Shown: positions 23,450-37,353, numbered from the stretch's first letter. The stretch is DNA of 64,000 nt from Mobula hypostoma (GCF_963921235.1 NC_086097.1:93188001-93252000); one strand, 5' to 3'. Numbers and translations are program-made. The notes: generated by a model from the letters alone, not told the origin.

Positions 23450-24555
23450 GACCCCCCCCGCACCCCCCCCAGTCCTCACCTTCTACCCCACCTGCCTCCA
23501 CGTTTAATGGTTCATCCTTCACAAGTACCCCACCGTCAACAGGGTCCTATCACCAAACTCTTCTTCCCTACCCCTCTCAATATCCCAATAGGACAGTTCC
23601 CTCTGCAGCTGGTCCCCATTCCCAGCTCCACCAGCTCTCCCTTCTGCATGTGATGGCAACAGCTGCCCCTTTCAGCTCTTCTCACTAGCCTGAGCCCCAA
23701 ACAGTCCTTCCAGGTGAGGCAGTGAGCGGAACAAGTGCTACACATGCCCTTACACTTCCTCCCTCACCACCATTCAGGGCCCCAGACAGTCCTTCCAGGT
23801 GAGGCAACACTTCACCTGTGAGTCGGCTGGGGTGATGTACTGCGTCCGGTGCTCCCGATGTGGCCTTCTATATATTGGCGAGACCCGACGCAGACTGGGA
23901 GATCGTTCTGCTGAACACCTACGCTCCGTCCGCCAGAGAAAACAGGATCTCCCAGTGGCCACACGTTTTAATTCCACATCCCATTCCCATTCTGACATGT
24001 CTATCCACAGCCTCCTCTACTGTAAAGATGAAGCCACACTCAGGTTGGAGGAACAACACCTTATATTCCATCTGGGTAGCCTCCAACATGATGGCATGAA
24101 CATTGACTTCTCAAACTTCCACTAATGCCCCACCTCCCCCTCGTACCCCATCCATTATTTATTTATATACACACATTCTTTCTCTCTCTCTCCTTTTAAT
24201 CCCTCTGTCCCTCTGACTATACCCCTTGCCAATCCTCTGGGTTTTTTCCCCCCTCCCGCTTTTCCTTCTCCCTGGGCCTCCCGTCCCATGATCCTCTCAT
24301 ATCCCTTTTGCCAATTACCTGTCCAGTTCTTGGCTCCATCCCTCCCCCTCCTGTCTTCTCCTATCATTTTGGATCTCCCCCTCCCCCTCCCACTTTCAAA
24401 TCTCTTACTAGCTCTTCTTTCAGTTGGTCCTGACGAAGGGTCTCGGCCCGAAACGTTGACTGTACCTCTTCCTAGAGATGCTGCCTGGCCTCACCAGCAA
24501 CTTTGATGTGTGTTGCTTGAATTTCCAGCATCTGCAGAATTCCTCGTGTTTACGT
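23450..24555 (+). mobile_element. Penelope-like elements: old fragment (23450-23722) followed by a young 3' copy with an open GIY-YIG frame
   Basis: ORF 23799-24125 GVMYCVRCSRCGLLYIGETRRRLGDR...LEEQHLIF; highly similar to ~17660-18485. Confidence 0.9.
24426..24461 (+). ncRNA. Minimal hammerhead ribozyme motif (Penelope)
   Basis: GGUC-CUGACGA-AGGGUCUCGGCCC-GAAA-C-GUU-GACU. Confidence 0.72.
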
Positions 24556-24559
24556 TTCT

Positions 24560-25440
24560 AATTCTAATCATTTCTATTGTCTAAATTATTGATATATGCT
24601 GTGAAAAAAGTGGTCCCAGCACCAGCCCCTGTGGAACACTAATATTCACCAGCAGCCAACCAGAAAAGGCCCACTTTATTCCCACGCTTTGCCTCCTGCC
24701 AGTCAGTCAATCTTCTATCGATGCTAGGATCTTTCCTGTAATACAATGGGCCTTTATCCTGTTCAGTAGCCTTAGGTACAGCACTCTGTCAAAGGCTTGA
24801 ACATCCAAGAAAAAAAAATCATGCACTGACTCTCTTTTATCTATCTTGCTTGTTGTTTCCTCAAAGAATTCCAAAACATTTGTCAGGCAAGATTTCCCCT
24901 TAAGGAAGCAATGCGGAATTTTGCCTGTTTTATCATGTGCCTGCAAGTACCCTGAAGCCTCATCCTTAGTAGTGGATTTCAAATCTTCCCAACCATTGAA
25001 GTCAGGCTAACTGGCTTATAATTTCCTTTCTTCTGCCTCAATCCCTTCTTAAAGAGTGGAGTGACATTTGCAATTTTCCAGTCCTCCGGCACCATTCTGG
25101 AATCTAGTGCTTCTTGAAAGATGACCACTGTGCTACTGCCTCCACAATCTCTTGTGCTACATCTTTCAGAATCCTGGGGTGTAGTCCATCGGTCCAGGTG
25201 ACTTGTCTATCTTCAGACCCTTCAACTTCCCAAGCACCTTCTCCTTAGTAATAGCAAGTGCACTCACTTTTGACCCTGACACTCATGAATTTCTGGCATG
25301 CTGCTGGCGTCTTCCACAGTGAAGACTGACGTAAAATACTTACTAAGTTCATCTGCCATTTCTTTGTCTCCCATTACTACTTCTCAAGCATCATTTTCCA
25401 GTGTTCCGATATCCACTCTCACCTCTCTTTTACTCTTGAT
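24560..25440 (-). mobile_element. CR1 ORF2 fragment
   Basis: FLKGKSCLTNVLEFFEE and QAFDRV; reverse-complement homologue of ~990-1800. Confidence 0.8.
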
Positions 25441-26299
25441 ACTCCGTATATCTGAAAAATCAAACCTGAGGAACAGCACCTTACCTTCTGTCTTGATGCA
25501 TTGCAACATTCTGGACTCAACAATGAATTCAACAATTTTGGGTTTGTATCAACTCTAATGAAATATTGGCTCAGACCTTCTCTTTCTCCCTGATCTGTTC
25601 AGCATTTCATACAACAGCTTTTAGACGTTCCTCTTTTGATTTTTTCTCTCCCTTTACCTTTCCTGATTAATCTTTGACCCTGATGACTTCATCAACAGCT
25701 TATCACACAACAATCTTACCCTCACCCATCATTTGTCCACCTTTTTTTGCAACTTAAGACTAACTCGACTTCTTATTTTCCCCCCGGCTTAAATGGCTGG
25801 TTGTCGATCTAATACGTTAACCCTCAGAATCAGAATCAGAATCAGGTTTATTATCACCGGCATGTGTCATAAAATTTGTTAACTTAGCAGCAGCAGTTCA
25901 ATGTATGCATGAAAGTATTGAAAGAAGAAAAAAAAAGGCAAATCAATTGCAGTAAGTATATTGAATAGATTAAACTAGTGTAAGGACAGTAATAATATAT
26001 ATTTTTAAAAAGTGTTTACGTGTTCAATGTCCATTTAGGAATCGTACGGTAGAGTGGAAAAAGAACCTTGCTTCTCTTTCCACAGATCTTGCCTTACCTG
26101 CTTAATGTTTCTAGCATTTTCTGTTTTTATTTTACTAAAATCCCTTAATCTGTTCATCACAAAATAGCCGTTTGAGGCAGCTGCTGTGTGTAACTTACCT
26201 GTTGTGCTGCCAACTTTGTAAGAATTGACTAAACTTCCAAAGAGACACATCATTGATTGCAGTATTCTAAAACCATGGGAGATCTTGTACAATGATAAG

Positions 26300-26495
26300 A
26301 TTTTTTCCATTCCTTTTTTTCTTTCCTTTCTTTTCTCTTTCCTCCTCTTCTTCTTTCATTCCTTCCTTCATTCCTCCCTCCTTTCTTCCTCCTTCCTTCT
26401 TTCCTTCCTCCTTCCTTCTTTCCTTCATCCTTTCCTTCCTCCTTCTTTTCCTTCCCACTTTCTCTTCCTTTCTCCTCTCCTTTCTTGTTCTCATT
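26300..26495. repeat. Pyrimidine-rich (TTCC/TTC)n low-complexity microsatellite
   Basis: About 200 nt almost entirely C/T on the + strand. Confidence 0.9.
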
Positions 26496-26499
26496 TTTG

Positions 26500-27950
26500 A
26501 CAACAGAAAATAGCCAAGACCTGATCATAGCTGGCCAAAAATTCATTGATTCAGTTCCCAAGGAATGGATAATTGCAGATGTTACGTCCCTTATTCGAGA
26601 AAGAGTGTAGAAACATATACAGTCCCTGCAGGCCAGCAAGTTTAACCTCATGGCAGGGTACTTTCAAGAAACAATAATCAGTGACAAAATCTCATCTCAG
26701 AATTGAACAACAAAAGCCAGAATGCATTTTAAAAAGCAAATTATTCTCAGCTAACAAGATAGAAAATTTTTGGGGAAAATTATTCTCAACCAACATGATA
26801 GAGATTTTTTTAGTGAAGTAATAAAGAAGGCCAATATATGGGTCATTCAATTGATGTGGGCTCTCAAGTGGTTTTTGATGAAGCGCACTTAAAACGGATG
26901 GTCACTGAGATTAAAAGCCAGATGATCAAAGGGGTTATGGCAGAAAATTGACTGTGTTACAGGAAAGAGAGAGCTATAGTGAACAGCTGGGTTTCTGGAC
27001 TGAATGAAAGTGTGCAGTGGAGTTTACCTAGGGCCAGTAGCAGGTTCACCTAGACTACAATATACAGAGCAACAATGACTTAGATATGGGTATACAGAGT
27101 ACTATTTCCAAATATGCGGATATCAATAAACATGGAGGTTCAGTGAACCACAAGAAAGATTGCAATAGACCCCATGGAGCTTTGTGGAATGGGCAAACAG
27201 GTGGCAAATGCAATTTAATGCTGAGAGATGAAGGTTTCCATTTCTGCTCAGAAGAATGAGAGGAGGCTAAACATACTAGACAAGACAATTCTGAAAAGAA
27301 TGGAGTACAAAAACATGGAGATCTTGGTTCATTCAAAGAGGTGGAGCACACTGAGAAAATTACCTAAATAGTCTATAGGATGCTGGGATTTATAAATGGA
27401 GGCATAAAGAGAAGGAAAGACACAATGAGTCATTATAAATACTGATTCAACTACAACTAGAGTAGCCAGTCCAGTTTTGGTCACCTCACCTTAGGAAAGA
27501 TTGTAAAGGCTATAGAGAAGTTGTGGGAGAAAGTTAATGAAATGATGGGGGCTGTGTGGATTGTGATGTTGCTGAATCAGAGAAGATGGGTTAGTTCACA
27601 ATGGAACTAAAGAGGTCTGGTAGAAGTACTTAAGACAGAGGTGTCATGAAGAATATAGAATGAGTAGATGGGGAGGTTCTGTTCTCATTGGTGCAGGGGT
27701 TGCAAGAGATACGGAAAAGATGATTAATAAAAGGGCAGAAACGATACCAGGGAAACTGATGTTAAACAGTGCATTTGGGATCTGAAGTGCACTGCCAGAG
27801 GTAGCAGTGAGGCAAATTCAATTGTAGCATTCAAAAGGTTGCTGTATATGTATCTGAAAAGAAAGAATTTGTAAAACCGCAAGTTGTATGACTGGATTCC
27901 TCTCATAAAGAGCTAGTATAGATCAGTTCCCTGCTGTAACCATTGTGTAG
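26500..27950 (+). mobile_element. Very old CR1 ORF2 remnant
   Basis: Scattered degenerate motifs (ISKYADI, fragments resembling QFWSPHLRKD); no open frame. Confidence 0.55.
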
Positions 27951-28029
27951 CTCTTTATTCTCCCCTTTGTTCTTTCATCTATCGTTCTTTCCCATTTCCC
28001 GTCTTTCTTTCTCACTTTATAGGATTCCT

Positions 28030-28335
28030 CCTCGATCCTGAACTCGGGTACTATCAGTATGGAGTTTACATCTTCTCCCAGTGACCATGTGGGTTTTCCT
28101 CAGACTCTGCCTTCCCCCCATGTACCAACAACTTGCAGATTGGACAGCTGGTCATTGTAAATTATCCCATGGGATGCCAGGCAACAGGAGAATCCGGGAG
28201 TGTCGTTGGGTGCACGACAGAGAATAGATTACAGTATAGGGAAATAACTGAGAGAATGGGACTGCTCTGCGAGTGAGCATAGACCCAATGGGTAGAAAGG
28301 CCTTCCTTTACGTGGTAAGGTAATCTGAGAAATAC
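28030..28335 (+). mobile_element. V-SINE-like element (degenerate)
   Basis: tggagtttacatcttctcccagtgaccatgtgggttttcc resembles the V-domain core. Related copies at ~30960-31060, 41470-41570, 47955-48060 and 54195-54440. Confidence 0.55.
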
Positions 28336-28451
28336 GAGTAACTGTGGAGGGAGAACCTGAGTTAATACTTCAGGTCAGATATTTTTCTATAGAGCTTTAC
28401 CTGCGGAACCACTGTACCACCCCAAAAGCAGTCCGACATCCACGACATCAG

Positions 28452-28535
28452 CCATGATCACAGTGAATGGCGGTGCTGGCTCGAAGGGCCGAATGGCCTA
28501 CTTCTGCATCTATTGTCTATTGTCTATTGTCTATT
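28452..28535 (+). mobile_element. 84-bp CR1 3'-terminal insertion
   Basis: ggctcgaagggccgaatggcctac plus (TCTATTG)n tail; TSD GACATCAG at 28444-51 and 28536-43. Confidence 0.8.
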
Positions 28536-29364
28536 GACATCAGAGCATGTTCAGTCATTTATGTTATACTCTTGCAATGCATTCAACTAACTTCTTCGAT
28601 TCTCTAAAATGAGACGTAATTGCAGGGTTCAATGGGGAAGTTTAATTTAAAGGTTGATTGTGTGTTTGAATTTTACTTTTCACTAAGTGTTAAATGGAAT
28701 GAAGCTTCCCCTAGACAGAGATGTAAAAACTACAACAGCATACACTTACACCACCTTTTATAGAAAGAAGCTCATCTCAGGAAGCTCATCAAACAAAGGC
28801 GAAAGGCAGGTTGAACAGCCCAGCTGTAAGACCATGAAAGCTTACAATACCATGAAAACATTAACACCTTAGACACTACCCATCCAGCAAACTGTCATTT
28901 CCAAAAGCTATTAAAACAAAAGCTTCACGCCATCTTAAAAGTTTCTTCCCCAGTCTGTTAATCTGATCAACTATTCTAGCTATCCCAACACCCTCCTCTA
29001 TTACACCCATCATTGCACTGTGCTAAATTCCTAATAAAGTTGATCTTTGATCCTTGATAATTCAGCACACAGTCAGTCAGAGATCAACTATGCAATATAT
29101 GGTCAAGTTAAGGAAGATTTTCTGTTTCATCTTTCACGCAAACCTAATGAAATACTTCTGATTCCAATCGCATTTATAGCAAGCTCCAGGAAAGTTGTCT
29201 GATAAGAGCCGATGACCTGTCATCACGATGTGTTTTGAGGGGTAAACATTGGCTCAGACATGAGGATCAACTCTACTGCTCCTTTTCGAACAATGCCCCA
29301 GGAACATAGCCTTCACCTGAGAGGGGAGAATTTCTGACATTGAGCAATATCCAAAAGACATTCA

Positions 29365-29845
29365 GGAAGAAGGTACAGGAGCATCAGGACTCACACAACA
29401 GTTACTATCCCTCAACCATCTGGCTCTTGAACCAGACGGGATAACTTCACTCAACTTCACTTGCCCCATCACTGAAATGTTCCCACAACCTATGGACCCA
29501 CTTTCAAGGACTCTTCATTTCATGTTCTTGATATTTATTGCTTATATATTATTATTATTATTTCTTTCCTTTTGTATGTGTACAATTTGTTGTCTTTTGT
29601 ACAGTGGTTGAACACTCACGTTGGTGCAGTCTTTCAGTGATTCCATTATGGTTATTACTCCCATAGCTTCACGTGACCCTGATCAAGTGGGGAGGTGCTA
29701 GGTAGGTGCTACACCTTGCCCAAGGGTGACCTGCAGGCTAGGAGAGGGAGCCTTACACCTCCTTTGGTAGAGACGTATCTCCACCCTGCCACTCAGGTGA
29801 CACATACAGTGTGTATTTTGATAATAACAAATTTACTTTGAACTT
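29365..29845 (+). mobile_element. Rex1/Babar 3' end, interrupted by an RTE-type SINE fragment (~29660-29795)
   Basis: Near-copy of ~21100-21515; the inserted piece matches ~33380-33505. Confidence 0.7.
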
Positions 29846-30259
29846 CGAATATTTAATTCTCAAAAGGATTTATCTCTAAGATGCATGCGGATGGTAAAGC
29901 AATTGATCTGGGTGATATGTTAATTGTAGCAAAAGGTTTAAGTACTCTACGTTTCAGTGAAGCTGACATACCTGTCCTTTCCCCGTTAGTCCTGATCAGT
30001 CAATTTACAACAAGCAATTGGATCTGGATCTGCTGTGTGCATACTGAACATTAATATCTCATTACAGTGACCAACGGTGCAGTTCTTCCTCAGCATTGTA
30101 CTGAAACGTCTGGTCAATGACGAGTAACTTGGCCACGTAGCCTGAGGTAGTGGTGGTGATGTCACTTGCCACACCTCAAGTGAGATATTGCTGCTTGGCT
30201 GACTGCACAATGGTGCTCATTGCACATCGAGCCGGTGATGTACTTTAAATATACCCAAT

Positions 30260-30700
30260 GACTTGGCCTCCGCAGCCGTCCATGGCAATGAATTCATGAG
30301 AACTTCATCCTCGTCTCTGTTCTAAATGGATGCTCCTCTATTCTGAGGCCGTGCCCTCTGATCCTGGACTCACCCACTTTAGGAAACATCCTCTCCACAT
30401 CCCCTCTATCCAGACCTTCGAATATTTGATAAATTTCAATGAGATTCCCCTCCCCCCACATACCAATGAGTACAGGAAAGGAGGCATAAAATGCTCCTCA
30501 TATGTTAACGCTTTCATTCCCAGAATCAGTCTCATGAACCTCCTACAGAACCTCTCCAATGTCAGCACATCTTAGATGAGGGGCCCAAAACTGGTCACAA
30601 TACTCCCGAGAGAGGTCTGACCAGTGCCTTATAGAGCCTCAGCATCACATCCTTGCCCTTATATTCTAGACCTCTCGGAATAAATGCTAACATTGCATTA
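30260..30700 (-). mobile_element. CR1 ORF2 3' fragment
   Basis: LERFCRRFMRLILGMKALTYEE. Confidence 0.7.
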
Positions 30701-31059
30701 GCATTGTTGAGGACCCACATTAGTCAGCTACTTGTCTTTGCCAGTACTTTCAACCCCAACACCTCAATGACAAGACAGCCCTCAACAAGACACCATACCG
30801 CTGGGCATCCGTGGCTCTGGATGAGTGCTTGTAATCCCTGGCCCTAAAGAAGCTCGCATAAACTGACTGACAGCACCATCTTGGACAGGAACTGTGTTGC
30901 AACTGCTAGAGGCGTCTTTCCAGAGCACCAGAGACCCAGTTCTGTCCCGATCTCTGGCCTATCCTTGTGAAATTTGCCTGTTCTCCCTGTGACAGAGGGT
31001 TCCTCCAGGTCCTCCAGTTTCCTGCCACACCCCAACCTGTCCGCTGTAAGTTGCCCCTA

Positions 31060-31737
31060 GAAAGCCCAGCAGCATCTCTACTTTCTGCAAAGGCTGAGAA
31101 AAGTCCACCTCCCACACCCCATCCTCACCACATTCTACAGAGCTTGTATTGAGAGCATCCTGAGCAGCTGCATCACTGCCTGGTTTGGAAATTGCACCAT
31201 CTCGGATCACAAGACCCTGCAGCAGATAGTGAGGTCAGCTGAGAAGATCATCGGGGTCTCTCTTCCCACCATTACAGACATTTACACCACAAGCTGCATC
31301 CGTAAAGCAAACAGCATTATGAAGGACCCCACGCACCCCTCATACAAACTCTTCTCCCTCCTGCCATCTGGCAAAAGGCACCGAAGTATTCAGGCTCTCA
31401 CGACCAGACTATGTAACAGTTTCTTCCCCCAAGCCATCAGACTCCTCAATACCCAGAGCCTGGACTGACACCAACCTACTGCCCTCTACTGTGCCTATTG
31501 TCTTGTTTATTATTTATTATTATTTATTGTAGTGCCTGCACTGTTTTGTGCACTTTACACAGTCCTGATTAGGTCTGTAGTCTAGTGTAGTTTTTGTGGT
31601 TTTTCTTACATAGTTCAGTGTAGTGTTTGTATTGTTTCATGTAGCACCATGGTCCTGGAAAACATCTCATTTTTACTGTGTTCTGTACCAGCAGTTATGG
31701 TTGAAATGACAATAAAAAGTGACTTGACTTGACTTGA
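31060..31737 (+). mobile_element. Young 5'-truncated Rex1/Babar LINE inserted in a V-SINE-like element
   Basis: Open C-terminal frame ...RSAEKIIG...KDPTHPSYKLFSLLPSGKRHRS...NSFFPQAIRLLN*; tail aataaaaagt(gactt)n. Confidence 0.85.
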
Positions 31738-32637
31738 TGTGAGAGGTAGAAACTGGTTGAGAGTTGATGAGAAGAAGGGCAGATTAGAATGGAATTAGTG
31801 TGGGGTAGCTGATGGTTGGCACAGAAACAATGGGCTGAAGGGCCTCTTTCCCTATGGTAAAATGCATTGTTTCTCTGATGTTCAAATTAAGAAGAGGAAA
31901 TACTTTTTTTCTTTTGTTTAAATCAAACTGCAATTTATAATCAGTTCTTATTTCATTTGAGAGCTCATGGCCTAAAAGTGACATACCTTGGTGCCTGCAC
32001 ATTCCAATCTTTCAGGTCATTCACTGGGCCGGCTGAAAGCTCCTCCAGGCTTCAGCAGATATAATTATGTCACCAAAGCCCAGCCAAGAATAAATGCTTG
32101 TAATAAACATTGAAGAGATCCCCCTTGAGTGATACACTGGTTTGGGGGTCATTAGGGAGCTCACACACAGATTTCAGTGATATGTTGCAATGACAAGAGA
32201 CAGCCCAGGATAATAGGAGATTACTGTGGATATGTGAAGGTACATTGGTAGGGTCCAAAAGTGAGAGCAGCAGAGGAGCGCTGAGGAACTAGGGGCAAAC
32301 CGGAGCCTCAGGTGAAAGCAGAGCCAAGGGAACAGGTAATAAAAGTGAGAAGCAGAATTAGCACTGGGGAATTAAGACAAGAATGATGTAGCGTGGATTC
32401 ACACAATGAACCACAATAATTCAACAATTCACTTTGAACACTGATTTAATATTCTGCATGTGTAACCAGAGGACTGCATGAGTCCTCTTTCATCAGAATC
32501 ATGACTGTATCTGGGCAAGTGGGAGACAATTCTGCCCAATCATATGACAGTCATTCTCAGCAGAGAAGCTTCAAACTCTTCTGAAGAGGAATTGCAGCAA
32601 TAAAACTTGCATTCTGTGGTGATGGGTCTGAGTCATT

Positions 32638-33028
32638 CCCACGGTCACATTGTCTGTACGGTGGTGAGTGTGTACCTGTTCCCACGGTCACATTGTCTGT
32701 ACGTTGGCGAGTATGTACCTGTTCACACGGTCACATTGTCTGTACGGTGGCAAGTGTGTACCTGTTCACATGGTCACATTGTCTGTACAGTGGTGAGTGT
32801 GTACCTGTTCAGACGGTCATATTGTCTGTACGGTGGTGAGTGTGTACCTGTTCACATGGTCACATTGTCTGTACAGTGGCGAGTGTGTACCTGTTCACAC
32901 GGTCACATTGTCTGTACAGTGGTGAGTGTGTACCTGTTCACACGGTCATATTGTCTGTAACGTGTTGAGTGTGTACCTGTTCACATGGTCACATTGTCTG
33001 TGTGGTGAGTGTGTACTGTTCACATGGT
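32638..33028. repeat. 43-bp minisatellite, about 9 units
   Basis: Unit CACACGGTCACATTGTCTGTACGGTGGTGAGTGTGTACCTGTT starting at 32638, 32681, 32724, 32767, 32810, 32853, 32896, 32939 and 32982. Confidence 0.95.
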
Positions 33029-33134
33029 GGGTGGAATGTGTTTTTTTTAGTTTTGCTGAATTTTTAAATTTCTTTAAATGTTAAATTAGTATTTAATTAT
33101 AAAAGATAAATAATAAAATGTAGAAATAAGCATC

Positions 33135-33510
33135 ATTGTCATCGTCATATCATCATTATGTACTGTGTTTTATGACATTGGTGATCATGGTCTATGACCA
33201 TGATTGTTCTTTTCAAATTTTTCTACCAAAGTGGTTTGCCATTGCCCTCTGGCCAGCATCTTTACAAGGCAGGTGATCCCAGTCATTCTTCAGAGATCGT
33301 CTGCCTGGCGTCAGTGGTCACATTACCAAGGCTTATGATCTGCACCAGTTGCTCGTAATGCCATCCACCACCTGCTCTCATGGCTTCACGTGACCCTGAC
33401 TTGGGGCTAAGCAGGTGCTACACCTTACCCAAGGGCGACCTGCAGGCTAGCGGAGTGAAGGAGCACCTTACACCTCCTTTAATAGAGACACATCTCCCCT
33501 CACTCCCAAA
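33135..33510 (-). mobile_element. RTE/BovB-related non-autonomous element
   Basis: aagtggtttgccattgcc motif (revcomp ggcaatggcaaaccactt, BovB-type 5' UTR); (CAT)n-like tail at the left end; partial copy at ~29660-29795. Confidence 0.55.
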
Positions 33511-33739
33511 ATAAACATAAAATGTAAAAATAAAAATAAAATATTGTATATGTTAAAAATATTAATTTTGTAGCTCTTTTGCAGAGTGTGAGTTTTGCTT
33601 GCAAGGCCAGCATTAATTGTTCAGTCTCTTTAGTTGCTGTGTCCTTCCAGTGATGGCCTTAGCACTGTTGTGAAGAGGTCTTCGAGATTTAGAAGCAATG
33701 GTGATGAAGAATGACAATATGAAGCTGAAAATAAAAGGA

Positions 33740-35320
33740 AGGTCGGCTCAAGTGGAGCGGCCATTGTCAGAGTGAGCCAGTGATAGAGTGTGATGGCTTT
33801 GGCTTAACCGGCTTCAGTGTGAACAGGCAGAGGTACAGTTACCAGGCGGTAAGCCTTTTATTTGGCAGAGAGTAGTCAGGATAGAATGCTCCTCCCATGA
33901 GATGTGGGAATTCAGGCTACTTGACACTTTCCCTGATGACTGCATCTGCAGGAAGTGCATTCAACTTCAGCTCCTGACTGACTGGGTCGAGGAGTTGGAG
34001 CTGGAGCTGGATGTACTCAGGATCATTCTGGGGGCGCGGTGCTGAAGATATTATAGATGAGACCTTTGAAGAGGTGGTCACAGGCTTCAGACAGTAGATG
34101 GGTGACCACCAGGAGAGGCAAGGGGATTAAGAAGTCAGTGCAGGGTTTTCCCTGTGGCCATTCCCCTCAGCAACAAGTGTACCCCTTTGGATACTGCTGA
34201 GGGGGGAGATCACGGCAGCAGCAGCCAAGTTGGTGCCACTGTGGCTGACTCTGAGGCTTGATAGGGAAGGGTAAAGTCAGGCAGTCTGGTTGTTATAGGG
34301 ACTCGATAGTTATCGGCACAGAAAGGAGATTCTTCGGCCATAAAAGAGATACCAAGGTGGCGTGTTGCCACCCAGGTGCTAGGCTCTCCGATGTATCAGA
34401 ACGGCTGCAGGATGTTCTCAAGGGGGAGGGGGGACAGCCAGAGGTCGTGGTGCATATTGACACCAATGACATGGGCAGCAAAGGGGAAGAGGTCCTACAC
34501 AGTGAGTATATAGAGTTAGGGAAGAGGTTGAAGGGAAGGGCCTCCAAGGTGGTAATCTCTGGATCACAGGAATCCCTGTGACACGGGCTAGTGCAGGTAG
34601 GAATGGGGTGATAGCACGGATGAATAAGTGGCTGAGGAGATGGTGCAGGGGACAGGGTTTCAAGTTCTCGGATCATTGGAACCTTTCCTGGGGAAGGGGT
34701 GACCTGTACAAGAGGGATGCGTTGCACCTGAACTGGAGGGGAACCAATATCCTGCCTGAGAGATTTGCTGATGCTACTTGGGAGAGTTTAAACTAGTTTT
34801 CCAGGGGGCTGGGAACCAGAGCCCCAGGTTATTAAGGGAAGGATCAAACCAGAAGGTAAATGTCAGGGAAAGTATTCAAAGGCAATATTGAAATAGCAGT
34901 TATGATGTCTCGGATAGTTTGAGGTGTGTATATTTTAATGCTGGGATATCATAGGAAAGGGTGATGAACTTAGAGCATGGATCAGTACATGGAACTACAA
35001 TACTGTAGCCATTACTTGGTTGTGAGAGGGGCAGGAATGGGTGATTAATGTACCAGGTTCTTGAAACTTTAGAAAAGATGGAGGAGGTGGTAAAAGGGGC
35101 GAGAGTTGCTCTACTAATCAGGAACAATATCACAGCTATACTCAGGGGAGACAAAATGGAGGGGTCAGACACTGAATCATTTGGGTGGACAGGAATAGGA
35201 AGGGTACAATGACACTGATGGGATGTTACTACAGACCCCCTAATAGTCACCGGGACAGGGAGGAACAGATATGTAATCAGGCTAAGGAAATGTGTAAAAA
35301 TAATAGGGTTGTCACGGGGG
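33740..35320 (+). mobile_element. 5' part of a CR1 LINE: ORF1 (zinc finger/leucine zipper plus SGNH esterase) and start of ORF2 endonuclease
   Basis: DDCICRKCIQLQLLTDWVEELELELDVLRI; DSIVIGTERRFFG...CHPGAR...VVVHIDTNDM; DALHLNWRG; then CVYFNA. Confidence 0.85.
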
Positions 35321-36129
35321 AATAAACTAAATGCTGTGCAATCATAATGACCACCCTCCTGACCTTATGAAGGAAGGAAAGTCACTGATGAAGCTGCTGA
35401 AGGTGGTTGGGTCCAGGACACTGGCCTGAGGAAATCCTGCAGTCATCTCCCGGGGCAGGCTGATTCACCAATGGCAAAGTTGAGTTTATTGTCACCTGCA
35501 TAAGTCCATGAAAAACTCACCTGCAGCAGCATCACAGGCACTGGGCATCACAAGGAAAGGATAAATTGAATATAAATTATGCACAATGTTTACAAGAGAG
35601 AACACCATTAGAGTCTATTTTAGTGCAAAGTGATCAAAGTCGCCGTTGTGTTGTTAAACTGTAGTGACTAGGAATTTTGCCAACTGGTTCACAAGCCAAA
35701 TGGTTGAAGGGAAGTAGCCGTTCTTCAGTTTACTGGTGTGCACCTTCAGGCTTCTGTACTTCCAGCCTGATACTAGCATGGCTGGAGGGTGGGGACCTTT
35801 GTTGCTGGATGGTGCTGATATAGATCCAATGGACCAAATGGCTTCCCATTGTTATTGTAATAAATTAACTACATGTAGATGTCCCTGCTTATATACTCTC
35901 TGTACCTCTCTGGAGAGTCATAGAGTCTCATAGCTCTTCCAGCCAAATCCATCTGCTGACCAAGATTCACATCTTAGCCCGTCCCATTAACCCACATTTG
36001 GCTCTTATCCCTCTGAACGTTTCCTGTCCAGGTGCCAGTCCAAATACCTCTTAAATGCCTGAACCATTTCCTCTGGAGCTCAGTTGCAGTACCGGTACAG
36101 AGTCTGGGCCGCGCCGCAAACGTTGCCAC

Positions 36130-36745
36130 ACAGCATGCTTGTCTTCGTTCGCCGAGACATTGAGTTCAAGAGGCAGGATGTTGTGCTACAGCTTATAAAA
36201 CTCTGGTTGGGCCTCCACTGGAGCACAGAAGGATGTGGTGGCTTTCGAGGGTTTACCAGGATGTTGCCTGGATATTAGAAGGCATGTGCTACAATGAGAG
36301 GTTGGACAAACTAGAATAGTTTTCTCTGGAGCGATGGAGGCTGAGGGGAGATCTAATAGATGCTCATAAGATTATGAGAGGTGCAGATAGAGTGGACAGA
36401 CAGTATCTTATTCCCAGAGCTAAAGTGTCTAATACTAGAGGGCATGCATCTCAGAAGTGGGGGGGGGGGGGGGATAAATTTAAAAGTGAAGTTTGGGGCA
36501 AATTTTTCACACAGAAAGTAGTGCTACCTGGAGCGCGTTGCCCAGGGTAATAGTGAAGGCAAATATAATGAAGGCATTTAAGCTCTTAAATGGGCATGTG
36601 AATGTGCCTAGAATGAAGGGATCTGGACATTTAGTAGCAGAAGGGATCCGTTTGGTTGGGTGTTTAAAGACTAGTTTCATCAGTACAGCACAACATTGTG
36701 GGCCGAAGGGCCTGTTCCTGTACTCTACTGTTCTATGCTCTGTTA
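36130..36745 (+). mobile_element. CR1 3' fragment
   Basis: FTRMLPG and RLRGDLI motifs; 3' UTR gggccgaagggcctgttcctgtactctactgttctatg. Confidence 0.7.
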
Positions 36746-37353
36746 CCCATTGAGTTCTCTTGAGGTGAAGGTGTCATGTTATTAAGCTTCTCTCCAGGTC
36801 TAGACAACCCATTTATTCCTAAGGGCTCAAATTTCCATGGGACCACTCACTGTCCCCTGCACAAGACTGCCTTTCTCTGGCACTTATGTTAAAATGTTTT
36901 CAATGATAGAGTGAAGAGAAAGATTGTGGTGTAAGTCGCAGAGTGTGTCACTAATGAAAGGCTTGAGGTTAGGGGCTGAGAGAGGCACTTACAGTCTCAA
37001 CTCAGTATCCTTCAGCTGCATTGCAGTCATCTGCTGTACACCCATTGTTTGCAAGCAATTTTCTGCGGTGATATTTGTCCTAAGGACACCTCATGCTGCC
37101 ATTATTCTTGCCTTTTAGTACAGGGATAGGAGAGGTTTACCTGAGCAGAAGAGCCTGTTTCCATGCTAAATGACGCTGTGGCCCGTCTGTCCCATCGTTC
37201 CAGATTCTGATCTGGCTCTCTATTGCGGACTGAGAGTGGGAAGGGGACAGGCGGGGGGGAATCATGATTGGGAACAGGGGAAGGGAGAGGGGAAGGAGTG
37301 GGAAGCACCAGAGAGACATTCTATAATGATCAATAAACCAATTGTTTGGAATC

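Noticed and set aside
26225..26651. Overlapping Phe/Ser/Leu-rich and Lys/Glu/Arg-rich ORFs
   Set aside because: Translations of a stop-free (TTCC)n microsatellite.
32638..33028. CRISPR array, or the Cys/His-rich 117-aa ORF 32607-32960 as a protein
   Set aside because: Units are contiguous with no unique spacers, there are no cas genes and the context is eukaryotic. The ORF simply cycles through the three frames of a 43-bp unit.
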